Shown here: positions 50,319-59,436 of the stretch, one piece after another
Layout of the letters: each line of letters begins with the position of its first letter
How positions within the stretch are numbered: the first letter of the stretch is position 1
IMG/VR virus record: IMGVR_UViG_3300033997_000235
Span: 1-63,585 of that record
Source of the DNA: a virus
Reading direction: 5' to 3' (one strand)
Length of the DNA stretch: 63,585 nt
Translations under genes and position numbers: made by a program
The notes under the pieces: generated by a model
Database searches by the model: none
What the model was told of the DNA's origin: nothing
Seen by the model: only the letters and a program-made list of their open reading frames with translations

Positions 50319-50903
50319 ATGTCCAATTTGATCAACGTATTCGACTTCGAGACCACCGGCATTCCGGACTGGAAACAGCCCAGCGAAGCCGGCCACCAGC
50401 CTCATATCGTCGAAGTCGCCGCCCTGCTCTACGACGCCGCCGGCAACATCATCGACCGCTACCAGGCGATCGTCCGCCCGAACGGCTGGGAAATCTCGCC
50501 GGACATGACCGCCATCCATGGCATCAGCCAGGAACAGGCCATGGACGAGGGTATTCCGGAAATCGAAGCGCTCGAAGGCTTCCTGGCCATCCACGCCCGA
50601 GCCAGCATCCGCGCCGCCCACAACGCCACTTTCGATGACCGTATCGCGCGCATCGCCATTGCCCGCTACCACGGCAAAGACCTGGCCGATTCCTTCAAGG
50701 AATCCACCACCAAGTTCTGCACCTGCTACGAGTCGCGCCCGGTACTGAACCTGCCCGGCAAGAAGCTGCCCAGCCTGGCCGAGGCCTACCGGCACTTCAC
50801 TGGCGAGGACTTGGTGGAAGCCCACCGCGCCATGCCCGATGCCCTTGCCTGCGCCCGCGTGTACTTCGCCCTGATGGGCGTGGCCATGCCTGCAGCAGTC
50901 TGA
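50319..50903 (+). CDS. DEDDh 3'-5' exonuclease (DnaQ/epsilon-like)
   Basis: VFDFETTG, AHNATFD and HRAMPDA motifs. Confidence 0.8.
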   Translation: MSNLINVFDFETTGIPDWKQPSEAGHQPHIVEVAALLYDAAGNIIDRYQAIVRPNGWEISPDMTAIHGISQEQAMDEGIPEIEALEGFLAIHARASIRAAHNATFDDRIARIAIARYHGKDLADSFKESTTKFCTCYESRPVLNLPGKKLPSLAEAYRHFTGEDLVEAHRAMPDALACARVYFALMGVAMPAAV

Positions 50904-50932
50904 TCACGCATTAGTTTTCACCGAGGTTATTT

Positions 50933-51409
50933 ATGGGATGGCGTCCACGTTGGAGCAATTCAAAAAGTGAACAAACACTTAGACGCCTAATTAACAGGCT
51001 TAGCAGAGAGCGGAAAGTTTCCGCCAAGGAGGCATTAGACGCAGCAATAGCACTGCGACATAAAAAATCCATTTCGAATCATAAAACGTGGATAGAACAC
51101 GCTCTTTATGAGTTTGGAAGCAACCACTACTGGTTTCACGGTGAAGTTTTCGGCGGGGTTAGGCATTGGGCCTCATTCAATAACGCACTTAAAGAGTGCC
51201 GCAGAGAAGGAAGGCAGCTAGTGATCATCAGTCGCTGCCTGGCCTGCAACTGCCAGATGCCAGAAAACCAGTACGCACACTGTAGATCGTGCCTGGCAAT
51301 CCAACGCAAAGAGCATGAATGCAGAGAAATAAAAACGTTAATAAACAAACTTGATAAAACCCGGAGACAACATCATGGCAAAGATTCAAACCACCGGCGG
51401 GCTTCGTGA
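50933..51409 (+). CDS. Cys-rich hypothetical protein on a low-GC island (158 aa)
   Basis: Visibly AT-rich codons. CLACNC..HCRSC..HEC. Confidence 0.55.
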   Translation: MGWRPRWSNSKSEQTLRRLINRLSRERKVSAKEALDAAIALRHKKSISNHKTWIEHALYEFGSNHYWFHGEVFGGVRHWASFNNALKECRREGRQLVIISRCLACNCQMPENQYAHCRSCLAIQRKEHECREIKTLINKLDKTRRQHHGKDSNHRRAS

Positions 51410-51605
51410 GTTCCTGGCTAGCGCGATCAACAATGTAGCCAACGGAACTATGGATTCCGACAAAGCAAGAAACATCACCAAATTGGCAGCTCAGATCAAC
51501 GAGTCTTTTTACTCGGAAATCAAGATCGCCAAAGTTCAGAAAGAAATGGGCAAAGAAGCTGCGGAGCTTGGCGCTCTGCCACTTCAAGAAACAGGCAAAA
51601 AATAA
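51375..51605 (+). CDS. Hypothetical 76-aa protein on the low-GC island
   Basis: Starts at MAKIQTTGG behind GGAGA. Confidence 0.5.
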   Translation: MAKIQTTGGLREFLASAINNVANGTMDSDKARNITKLAAQINESFYSEIKIAKVQKEMGKEAAELGALPLQETGKK

Positions 51606-51694
51606 TTTCCCGATAACCCCGCGCCGCAAGGCGCGGCATCCGAGTGCGCTCTGCCGTAGAGCGCAGCCAGATGCCTTCCACCCAGGAGAACGCC

Positions 51695-52108
51695 ATGCAC
51701 CACGAAACAACACTCAACCTGCCGACCCTGTCATCCAAGGAAGCCGAGCGTGAATGGCTCGCTGACCGAGTGGCCGAGTTTCAGGCCCGGGGCGCGCAGG
51801 CAATTGAAGCACCGATCGAGAAGCGTCCGCTGGTCAGCCGCCAGTGGACCGCTTCCGGCATGACGATCATCACCGAGGCCCGCCGCCATGAGCAGGCTGC
51901 GAAAGCCCACCGCAAAGCAGGCGGTCGCCCCATCGGCGCCGTCGTCGTTGACAGCCCTGCCCTGGTCGAGCGCGCCCGCGCCATGGCCGGCCTGGGCCTC
52001 TCCAAGTATGCCGCCGCCCGCGCACTCGAGATCGGCACCGCGCGCCTCGAGCGCATGGGCAAAAAGCACGGTTTCGAGTTCGCCACCAAATCCCCTAAAG
52101 CCGCTTGA
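51695..52108 (+). CDS. Hypothetical protein (137 aa)
   Basis: ATG behind AGGAGA. Confidence 0.55.
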   Translation: MHHETTLNLPTLSSKEAEREWLADRVAEFQARGAQAIEAPIEKRPLVSRQWTASGMTIITEARRHEQAAKAHRKAGGRPIGAVVVDSPALVERARAMAGLGLSKYAAARALEIGTARLERMGKKHGFEFATKSPKAA

Positions 52109-52118
52109 GGAAACAGCC

Positions 52119-53039
52119 ATGTGGTTCCGTAGCCTACTGATTTACCGCATCACACAAGCCATCGACCTGGCCGCCGAAGCGCTGGAAGCCGCATTGGCCA
52201 GCAAGCCTGCCCGCCAGTGCGAAAGCCAGGAGCTGTCGACCTATGGTTTCGCCGCGCCGCTCGGCAAGGGTGACGACTCGCCCCTGGTGCACGCCGTCGA
52301 AGGCATGCTGCTGATCCGCGCTCGCAAGGAAGAGCGCATCCTGCCCGGCTCCGTGGTCCGCGAAGCTCTGAAGGCGAAGGTCGACGAGATCGAAGAGACC
52401 CAGATGCGCAAGGTCTTCAAGAAGGAGCGCGACCAACTGAAGGACGAGATCGTTCAGGCCTTCCTGCCTCGCGCTTTCACCCGTAACGCCAGCACCTACG
52501 CGGCGATCGACCCGGTCGCCGGCCTGATCTACGTCGACGCCACGTCGCCGAAGCGCGCAGAGGATCTGCTGTCGACCCTGCGCGAATGCCTCGGCTCCCT
52601 GCCGATTCGCCCGGTGTCCGTGAAGATCGCCCCCACCGCCACCCTAACCGACTGGCTCAAGCAGCAGAGCGCGGCCGAAGGCTTCTTCGTGCTGGATGAA
52701 TGCGACCTTCGCGACACCCACGAAGACGGCGGCAGCATCGCCGCCAAGCATCAGGACCTGACCAGCGAAGAGATCCAGTTGCACCTTTCCACCGGCAAAC
52801 AGGCCACCAAGCTCTCCCTGGCCTGGCAGGACAAGCTGTCGTTTGTCCTCGACGACAAGCTCCAGATCAAGCGCCTGCGCTTCGAAGACCTGCTGACCGA
52901 CCAGGCCGAGCAGGACGGCGGCGACGACGCCCTCTCCCAGCAGTCCGCCAGCTTCTTCCTGATGATGCGCACCTTCCGCGATTTCGTGCCCGAACTGCTC
53001 ACCGCCCTGGGCGGCGAAGAAGTGCCCACCGGTATCTGA
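52119..53039 (+). CDS. rdgC: RdgC-family recombination-associated DNA-binding protein
   Basis: Collinear, from memory, with E. coli RdgC: [48 protein letters not shown]. 306 aa. Confidence 0.85.
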   Translation: MWFRSLLIYRITQAIDLAAEALEAALASKPARQCESQELSTYGFAAPLGKGDDSPLVHAVEGMLLIRARKEERILPGSVVREALKAKVDEIEETQMRKVFKKERDQLKDEIVQAFLPRAFTRNASTYAAIDPVAGLIYVDATSPKRAEDLLSTLRECLGSLPIRPVSVKIAPTATLTDWLKQQSAAEGFFVLDECDLRDTHEDGGSIAAKHQDLTSEEIQLHLSTGKQATKLSLAWQDKLSFVLDDKLQIKRLRFEDLLTDQAEQDGGDDALSQQSASFFLMMRTFRDFVPELLTALGGEEVPTGI

Positions 53040-53067
53040 CCAGCCAGCAGCGAACAGGAAAATCATC

Positions 53068-54081
53068 ATGCCTATCCGTCACAGCATCATCCACCTGATC
53101 GACAAGAAGCCCGACGGCAGCCCTTCCGTGCTGCATGCCGTCGCCCATGAACTGCCTGACTCGCAGGCACGCGACAACCTGCTGACCGATCTGAACGAGG
53201 CCTACAACGCCAAGCCCGGCAAGGCCTGGGGCCTATTCCATGAGGAATCTGGCGCCTATCCGCTCAGCGGCTGGCTGAGCGATTACCTCGATGGCGAGCA
53301 TAGTTTCGTCGTCTTCAGTCGTATGGCCGTCGAGCACCTGCAGAAGCTGATGGAGGAATCCAACCTCACCGTTGGCGGTCACGCCATGTTCACCCACTAC
53401 CAGCAAGGCATGACCGACTATCTGGCCATCGCCCTGCTGCACCACAGCGAAGGCGTCACGATCACCGAAGACCTCGAGGTTGTACCGGCCAAGCACCTCG
53501 ACCTGAGCCAACTGCACCTGGCCGCACGCATCAACCTGAGCGAATGGCGTAACAACCCCAACTCGCGCCAGTACATTTCGTTCATCAAGGGCAAGGGCGG
53601 TCGCCGGGTCTACGACTACTTCCGCGACTTTATTGGCTGCCAGGAGGGTATCGACGCACCTGGCGAAACCCGCACCCTGCTCAAGGCGTTCAGCGACTTT
53701 GTCGAGAGCGAGGATCTGCCGGAAGAGTCAGCCCGCGAGAAAACCAACACCCTGGTGGGATACGCCGCCAGCCAGGCCAAGCTGGGCGAGCCTATCAGCC
53801 TGGAAGAACTGGCCGCACTGATCGACGAGGAACGCCCTGCCGCCTTCTATGAGTTCATCCGCAACAAGGATTATGGCCTGTCGCCTGAAATCCCGGCGGA
53901 TAAACGCACCCTCAACCAGTTCCGCCGCTTCACCGCGCGCACCGAAGGCCTGTCGCTGAGCTTCGAGGCACACCTGCTGGGCAACAAGGTCGAGTTTGAC
54001 CAGGCGCGTAACCAACTGGTTATCCGCAACCTGCCGACCCAACTGGTCGACCAGCTCAAGCGCGCAGGTGCTTCGTCATGA
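53068..54081 (+). CDS. yejK: YejK/NdpA-family nucleoid-associated protein
   Basis: Collinear, from memory, with E. coli YejK: [58 protein letters not shown]. 337 aa. Confidence 0.8.
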   Translation: MPIRHSIIHLIDKKPDGSPSVLHAVAHELPDSQARDNLLTDLNEAYNAKPGKAWGLFHEESGAYPLSGWLSDYLDGEHSFVVFSRMAVEHLQKLMEESNLTVGGHAMFTHYQQGMTDYLAIALLHHSEGVTITEDLEVVPAKHLDLSQLHLAARINLSEWRNNPNSRQYISFIKGKGGRRVYDYFRDFIGCQEGIDAPGETRTLLKAFSDFVESEDLPEESAREKTNTLVGYAASQAKLGEPISLEELAALIDEERPAAFYEFIRNKDYGLSPEIPADKRTLNQFRRFTARTEGLSLSFEAHLLGNKVEFDQARNQLVIRNLPTQLVDQLKRAGASS

Positions 54082-54329
54082 GCCTGACCAGCAAAGCCAA
54101 GACCTTCCACGTCTGCGTTGCCGTCAGTTATGTGATTGCCCGGGCACGCCGACCGCGCGCCCTGGATGACCTGCTGAGCGAGCGCGGTACCGGTCGCCCG
54201 ATTCCTGGCGAAGAGGTTCTGGCCATCGCCCGTGACTGCGCAGAACGCGGCTTCACCATGATCCCGAGTTGTGACCATCACGGTGATAACGGCGCTTGCC
54301 TGGGCCATCCGGTGGAGGCCTCGGTATGA
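54078..54329 (+). CDS. Hypothetical 83-aa protein
   Basis: 4-nt overlaps with both neighbours. Confidence 0.5.
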   Translation: MSLTSKAKTFHVCVAVSYVIARARRPRALDDLLSERGTGRPIPGEEVLAIARDCAERGFTMIPSCDHHGDNGACLGHPVEASV

Positions 54330-56041
54330 CCGCTCAAGCCAGCATCACCGACGGCGAGCTCGTCGATACCAGCGCTTTCTTCGCCCCCATGTCCGCCGAC
54401 CTTGTCGACAGCCTGATCGGCGAATACGGCCAGATGCGCCAACGTATTGAACGCCTGGCCGGTGCAGTGCGGGCCGAGAATGCCGGCACGGTCTTGCACT
54501 ACTTCATCGAGGGCAATGTGCAGGATCAACGCTACAGCATGCCTACCACGGTCGATGCATTGTTCCGTGTTGAGGGCGCCATCGCCCAACTCAACGCCGA
54601 CTTCTGGAACCGCGCCCTACGCCTGACTGACGTGATGGACTACATGCCCCAAGCACGTCGCGACGAGTGGCACGACCAGATCCGCAACCCAGAGGGTCGC
54701 AAGGCGAGCCGTCACACTGGCGAGAAGGACATGCCAGCTCTTCCCGAGTTCGAGGAAGCCACCGTGCGCTCGACCCTCGCTGGCCTGCTGCACAATCGTT
54801 CTCAGTTCCTGGCCGAGCGTGTCGACGGCATCTTCCGCGCACTGAGCCGTGCCCATGTGACGAACCAGCCCCAAGGCTTTGGTAAGCGCATGATCATCGC
54901 CAACGTGCACGGTTACCAGACTGCCGGTCACATCAACGACCTGCGCTGTGTGATCGCCAAGTTCATGGGCCGCGACGAGCCGAAGCATGGCGCGACCGAC
55001 CCGGTGATCAAGGCAGGTGGCCGCCAGAATGGTGAGTGGATGCCCGTCGACGGCGGTGCGCTGCGCATCCGCGTCTATGGCGGCGTCGGTACCGCGCACC
55101 TTGAGGTGCACCCAGACATGGCCTGGCGCCTGAACGCCATTCTTGCCAGCCTGTACCCGCTCGCCATTCCTGCCGAGTTCCGCACCAAACCGAAGCGCCA
55201 GAAGAAGATCAAGGACTTCGACCTGTTCGATAGGCCGTTGCCGTTCGCAGTAGTGCAGTTGCTGGCGGAAATGCGCGAGGTGCGCGAGCGGGTTGAACCG
55301 GCATGGCCGGAGCGCTATCGCGCAGTTCCGAACGCACGCGAGTTCGGCTATGGCGAGAAAGATAAAGCAGCCGTGGCCGAGGCCGAGAAGGTGCTGATGG
55401 CCATCGGCGCCGTGAAGGCCGGCAGGCATTGGCAGTTCGACTACGACCCGACCGAGGTGCTGGATCTGGTGGTTTGCTCTGGCTGCATCCCCGACCAGAA
55501 GTCGCACCAGTTCTACCCCACCCCGCAAGCAGTAGCCGAGTTCGCCGTCAGCGTCGCCGAGATCGACGACCACCATGGAGTACTGGAGCCGAGCGCCGGA
55601 ATCGGCGGTCTGGCCGACTACCTGCCCAAGCTACAGACCACCTGCGTGGAAATCAGCCCACTGCACTGCCAGGTGCTGGAGGCCAAGGGTTTCAAGGTCG
55701 TAGAGGCTGATTTTCTCAAGTGGGCACCCGGCCAGCCTGCGGCAGACCGCATCGTAATGAACCCACCGTTCAGCGAGGGACGCTGGCAGGCACACCTGCT
55801 GGCTGCCGCCGACATGCTCAAGCCTGACGGCCGCCTGGTCGCCATCCTCCCGGCCAGCGCCAAGGGCAAAGACCTGCTGCCAGGCTGGAGCATGGAGTGG
55901 GCACGCACCTTCGAGAACGAGTTCGCCGGCACCAGCGTTTCCGTGGTGGTGCTGATTGCCCAGCGCGCCAGTGCGAAAGATCAACTCGACATATTCAACG
56001 ATGCCCTGCTCGATGCCGAGCAGCAGGAAGGTGCTGAATGA
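54326..56041 (+). CDS. N6-adenine DNA methyltransferase with an N-terminal DUF4942-like domain
   Basis: Motif I LEPSAGIGGL followed by motif IV NPPF. The N-terminal half resembles DUF4942 from memory. Confidence 0.75.
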   Translation: MTAQASITDGELVDTSAFFAPMSADLVDSLIGEYGQMRQRIERLAGAVRAENAGTVLHYFIEGNVQDQRYSMPTTVDALFRVEGAIAQLNADFWNRALRLTDVMDYMPQARRDEWHDQIRNPEGRKASRHTGEKDMPALPEFEEATVRSTLAGLLHNRSQFLAERVDGIFRALSRAHVTNQPQGFGKRMIIANVHGYQTAGHINDLRCVIAKFMGRDEPKHGATDPVIKAGGRQNGEWMPVDGGALRIRVYGGVGTAHLEVHPDMAWRLNAILASLYPLAIPAEFRTKPKRQKKIKDFDLFDRPLPFAVVQLLAEMREVRERVEPAWPERYRAVPNAREFGYGEKDKAAVAEAEKVLMAIGAVKAGRHWQFDYDPTEVLDLVVCSGCIPDQKSHQFYPTPQAVAEFAVSVAEIDDHHGVLEPSAGIGGLADYLPKLQTTCVEISPLHCQVLEAKGFKVVEADFLKWAPGQPAADRIVMNPPFSEGRWQAHLLAAADMLKPDGRLVAILPASAKGKDLLPGWSMEWARTFENEFAGTSVSVVVLIAQRASAKDQLDIFNDALLDAEQQEGAE

Positions 56042-56838
56042 CGGGTATCGTCCTGCCAGATTCGCGCATCGTCGTGCAGTTCAGCTGCGGCGCCGCCTCG
56101 GCAGTGGCAGGCAAGCTGGCGTTGGCACAGTACGGCGCGACCCACGACGTTCAGTTCATCAATGCCTTCCTGGCAAATGAACACGTCGACAACCGCCGTT
56201 TCCTGGCCGACTGCCAGGTGTGGCTCGGTCGCAGCATCACCGTACTGGCTGACGAGAAGTACGGCGCGGACATCATCCAAGTGTTCCGCCGCGAGCGCTA
56301 CATGAAAGGCCCGCATGGCGCCCCCTGCACCAAGCTGTTGAAGCGGCGCCAGTTGGATGCCTGGAAACAACCAGGCGACGTGATGGTGCTCGGCTATACC
56401 GCCGAAGAGGCCGATCGCCTCGACGACTTTCGCGAGCGCAACCCCGACCGCCCAGTCATCGCGCCGCTGATCGACCTCGGGTTGGGCAAAGAAGACTGCA
56501 AGGCACTGATCATCAGGGCAGGCATCGCCCTGCCCATCACCTACCAGATGGGCTACGAGAACGCCAACTGCATCGGCTGCGTGAAAGGCGGCGAAGGCTA
56601 CTGGCGCGCCATCCGCGTCGACTTCCCCGAGCAGTTCGAGGCGCTGTGCCAGGTGCAGGACGAGCTCGGCCCGGGCTCATGGTTCCTGCGCTATCGCTCG
56701 GGCCCACGCGCCGGCGAGCGCTTCCCTCTGCGTGACCTGCCAGAAGGGCCAATCCGCCGCAATGAAGCAATCCCGGCCTGCAGTTTCTTCTGCGAAATGG
56801 CCGAGGCCGACATTAACCAAAAGGAATCCGCCGAATGA
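56038..56838 (+). CDS. PAPS-reductase / PP-loop family protein with a Cys cluster
   Basis: VVQFSCGAASAV sits in place of the SGGKDS PP-loop. NCIGCVKGGEGYW and PACSFFCE cysteines. ATGA coupling to both methyltransferase genes. Confidence 0.65.
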   Translation: MTGIVLPDSRIVVQFSCGAASAVAGKLALAQYGATHDVQFINAFLANEHVDNRRFLADCQVWLGRSITVLADEKYGADIIQVFRRERYMKGPHGAPCTKLLKRRQLDAWKQPGDVMVLGYTAEEADRLDDFRERNPDRPVIAPLIDLGLGKEDCKALIIRAGIALPITYQMGYENANCIGCVKGGEGYWRAIRVDFPEQFEALCQVQDELGPGSWFLRYRSGPRAGERFPLRDLPEGPIRRNEAIPACSFFCEMAEADINQKESAE

Positions 56839-58643
56839 TCACCCAGACCCTGCACCACTTCCATTTCTGCTGCGGCCTGGGCGGCGGCGCCAAGGGCTTC
56901 AACCGCGCACGCCCGGTAGTCGGCAACGTACAAGCGCGCTGGGAATGCCTGGGCGGCATCGACGTTGATCCTGCTGGCCTGCGCGACTTCGAGCAGTTGG
57001 CCGGCGTGCCTGGCACCCTGATGGACCTATTCACCCGTGACCAGTACATCCGCTTTCACGGGAAAGAGCCGCCTGCTGGTTGGCGCGAGGCCTCGGCCGA
57101 CGACGTGCGCCGCGCTGCGCAGAACAAGCGCCCCGACGCGGTGTTCATCAGCAGCCCGTGCAAGGGCGCCAGCGGCCTGCTCTCCGAGAAAATGAGCCAG
57201 ACCCCGAAGTACCAGGCGCTGAACGAGCTGACCCTGCGCTGCATCTGGCTGATGGGCGAGGCCTGGAAGAATGACCCGGTGCCGCTCATCGTCTTCGAGA
57301 ACGTGCCGCGCCTGGCCACCCGCGGCCGGCACCTGCTGGACCAGATCAACAGCCTGCTCAGCTTCTACGGCTACGCCGTGGCGGAAACAACCCACGACTG
57401 CGGCGAGTTGGGCGGCCTGGCACAGAGCCGCAAGCGCTTCCTGCTTGTGGCGCGCCATGTCGAGAAGGTGCCGCCATTCCTGTACGAGCCGGAGAAGAAG
57501 AGCCTGCGCGCCGTCGGCGATATCCTCGGCCGCATGCCGCTGCCAGGCGATATCGACGCCGCCGGCCCGATGCACCGCGTGCCGTCGCTGCAATGGCAGA
57601 CCTGGGTGCGCCTCGCCCTGGTGCGTGCCGGCAGCGACTGGCGCAGCCTCAACGAGCTGGCGATCGAGGATGGACGCCTTCGCGACCTGATCATTGTGCC
57701 GGAGTACCGCAGCGGATACCTCGGCGTGCACGGCTGGGACGATACCAGCGGCACCATCGCCGGCCGCAGCAGCCCAACCAACGGCGCGTTCTCGGTCGCC
57801 GATCCACGGTACCGCCAGGCGGCCAACTGGAATCATGGCCAGCAGTTCGGCGTCATCCGCTGGGACGAGTCCTCGCCGACCATCCCCGGGCAGACCATGC
57901 CAGGTCAGGGCACCTTCAGCGTTGCCGATCCCCGGTACCACAACTGGCACAAGGGCGCGAGCAGCCGCAAGCTGCACGTCGGCAAGTGGGACGGCCACAC
58001 CGGTACCGTGACCGGCTCGCAGCAGGTGGCCAGCGGCGCCCTGTCGATCGCCGACCCTCGCCCGAACTGGAACCGCCACAGCGGCAACTACCGCGTGGTT
58101 CCGTTCGACAAGCCGGCCGGCACCATCATCGCCGGCGGCAAGGGTGTACAAGGTGGCCAACAGTCGGTAGCAGATCCGCGCATCCTGCACCGTGGCAAGG
58201 GTGACAACTACCTGACCGGAGGGCACTACGGCGTTATCCCGTTCGACCAGAACTGCGGCGCCATCGCCGCCAGCTCGCGCTACGACAGCGGTCGCTTCAG
58301 CGTCGCAGACCCGCGCATCCCGGCAGCCAATGACCGCCTGACCTGCATCATTCGCAGCCTCGACGGCACCTGGCACCGTCCCTTCACCACCTTGGAAAAG
58401 GCAGCACTGCAGAGCCTGGTCGACCCGGAAGAGCAGCTGATTCTGGATGGCCTGAGCGATAAGGACTGGAGCGAGCGAATCGGCAACGCCGTGCCACCGC
58501 ATGCGGCAGAAGCGATCGCCCACGTTATGGGCACCACCCTGCTGCTGGCCGCTGCCGGCGAAACCTTCATGCTCAGCAATATGCCGGTGTGGGTGCGCCC
58601 GGTAGCGGTCGGGCTGAGCGTCGCCGAGGTGCCGCAGGCATGA
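56835..58643 (+). CDS. DNA (cytosine-5) methyltransferase with five tandem TRD-like repeats
   Basis: Motif I FCCGLGGGAKGF, motif IV SPCKGAS, motif VI ENV, motif VIII QSRKRFLLV, motif IX FTTLEKAALQS, motif X GNAVPP. Five units of (W/F)D..GT(I/V).G....S(V/I)ADPR lie between motifs VIII and IX. Confidence 0.8.
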   Translation: MITQTLHHFHFCCGLGGGAKGFNRARPVVGNVQARWECLGGIDVDPAGLRDFEQLAGVPGTLMDLFTRDQYIRFHGKEPPAGWREASADDVRRAAQNKRPDAVFISSPCKGASGLLSEKMSQTPKYQALNELTLRCIWLMGEAWKNDPVPLIVFENVPRLATRGRHLLDQINSLLSFYGYAVAETTHDCGELGGLAQSRKRFLLVARHVEKVPPFLYEPEKKSLRAVGDILGRMPLPGDIDAAGPMHRVPSLQWQTWVRLALVRAGSDWRSLNELAIEDGRLRDLIIVPEYRSGYLGVHGWDDTSGTIAGRSSPTNGAFSVADPRYRQAANWNHGQQFGVIRWDESSPTIPGQTMPGQGTFSVADPRYHNWHKGASSRKLHVGKWDGHTGTVTGSQQVASGALSIADPRPNWNRHSGNYRVVPFDKPAGTIIAGGKGVQGGQQSVADPRILHRGKGDNYLTGGHYGVIPFDQNCGAIAASSRYDSGRFSVADPRIPAANDRLTCIIRSLDGTWHRPFTTLEKAALQSLVDPEEQLILDGLSDKDWSERIGNAVPPHAAEAIAHVMGTTLLLAAAGETFMLSNMPVWVRPVAVGLSVAEVPQA

Positions 58644-59107
58644 AACGCCGCAAGCCCAACAACAACCAGCTCCGGCGCGAGAGGGCTGCAGCCGCAACGC
58701 TGCGCCGGTATCACACCGCCCTGGTTCACATCGAGCCGGCCCAGCGCCAGATCGTCGTCAGCCTCAAGCACCTGCTGCGCGTGAAGGATGAAAACCGCAT
58801 CGCCCACGCAATGGCCGAGCACCCTTATCAGTGGACGATCTACTTTGCGGCGTTCTGCAGCTCACGCGAGACCGGCGAATACCTCAAGGGCGGCGAAGTC
58901 GTGCTGCCGGGGCGCCACAAGCTGGACAACCTCTTTGAAGGCATCGAGGACGAGAAGGCCAAGATCATGGCCGGCTGCAATCCAAAGCACGTAATCGGCT
59001 GCGGCTTTATTGCCGTGCCGCACGATGCCGATATCAGCGAAGAGCTAGCCGCAGAGGTATTCACCAGAGCCGGAGCCTGGAATCAGGCTAAGCAGGTGAG
59101 CGCATGA
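58640..59107 (+). CDS. Hypothetical protein (155 aa), last gene coupled to the methylase cluster
   Basis: ATGA overlap with the C5 methyltransferase stop. Confidence 0.55.
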   Translation: MKRRKPNNNQLRRERAAAATLRRYHTALVHIEPAQRQIVVSLKHLLRVKDENRIAHAMAEHPYQWTIYFAAFCSSRETGEYLKGGEVVLPGRHKLDNLFEGIEDEKAKIMAGCNPKHVIGCGFIAVPHDADISEELAAEVFTRAGAWNQAKQVSA

Positions 59108-59109
59108 GC

Positions 59110-59361
59110 CTAATCGTCCGCGCCCCTGTTGCGCTCTTCGCTCAAGAGCAGCCTGAAGCTATGAAACGCCACCAGATGCCCGCCTCCATTGTTGCGCCAG
59201 GCCTGATGCGTGCTGCGGTAGATGCTTTCAACCTCGACCATCACGCGCCGGTATCGCTCGACTTCGAGCACCAGCCGGCGCATTTCCGGGTTCTCGGTCC
59301 AGATCTTTCGCAGTTCGCCCTTCGTGACCGGGCGGAAGTCGGGGAGGCGGTAGTTGTTCAT
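59110..59361 (-). CDS. Reverse-oriented 83-aa protein directly downstream of a LexA box
   Basis: ATG 59361 (MNNYRLPDF) lies 8 nt from the SOS box. This is the only minus-strand coding stretch in the right arm. Confidence 0.55.
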   Translation of the reverse strand: MNNYRLPDFRPVTKGELRKIWTENPEMRRLVLEVERYRRVMVEVESIYRSTHQAWRNNGGGHLVAFHSFRLLLSEERNRGADD

Positions 59362-59368
59362 GGCAGAA

Positions 59369-59388
59369 TACTGGATATAAAAACAGTA
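59369..59388. promoter_or_regulatory. LexA (SOS) box
   Basis: TACTGGATATAAAAACAGTA has the CTG-N10-CAG form. It matches TACTGTATATATATACAGTA at 17 of 20 positions. Confidence 0.7.
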
Positions 59389-59436
59389 TTCTTGCACGCA
59401 CCTGGCAACCCGTCATCCGCAGCCGATGCGCGGCAG

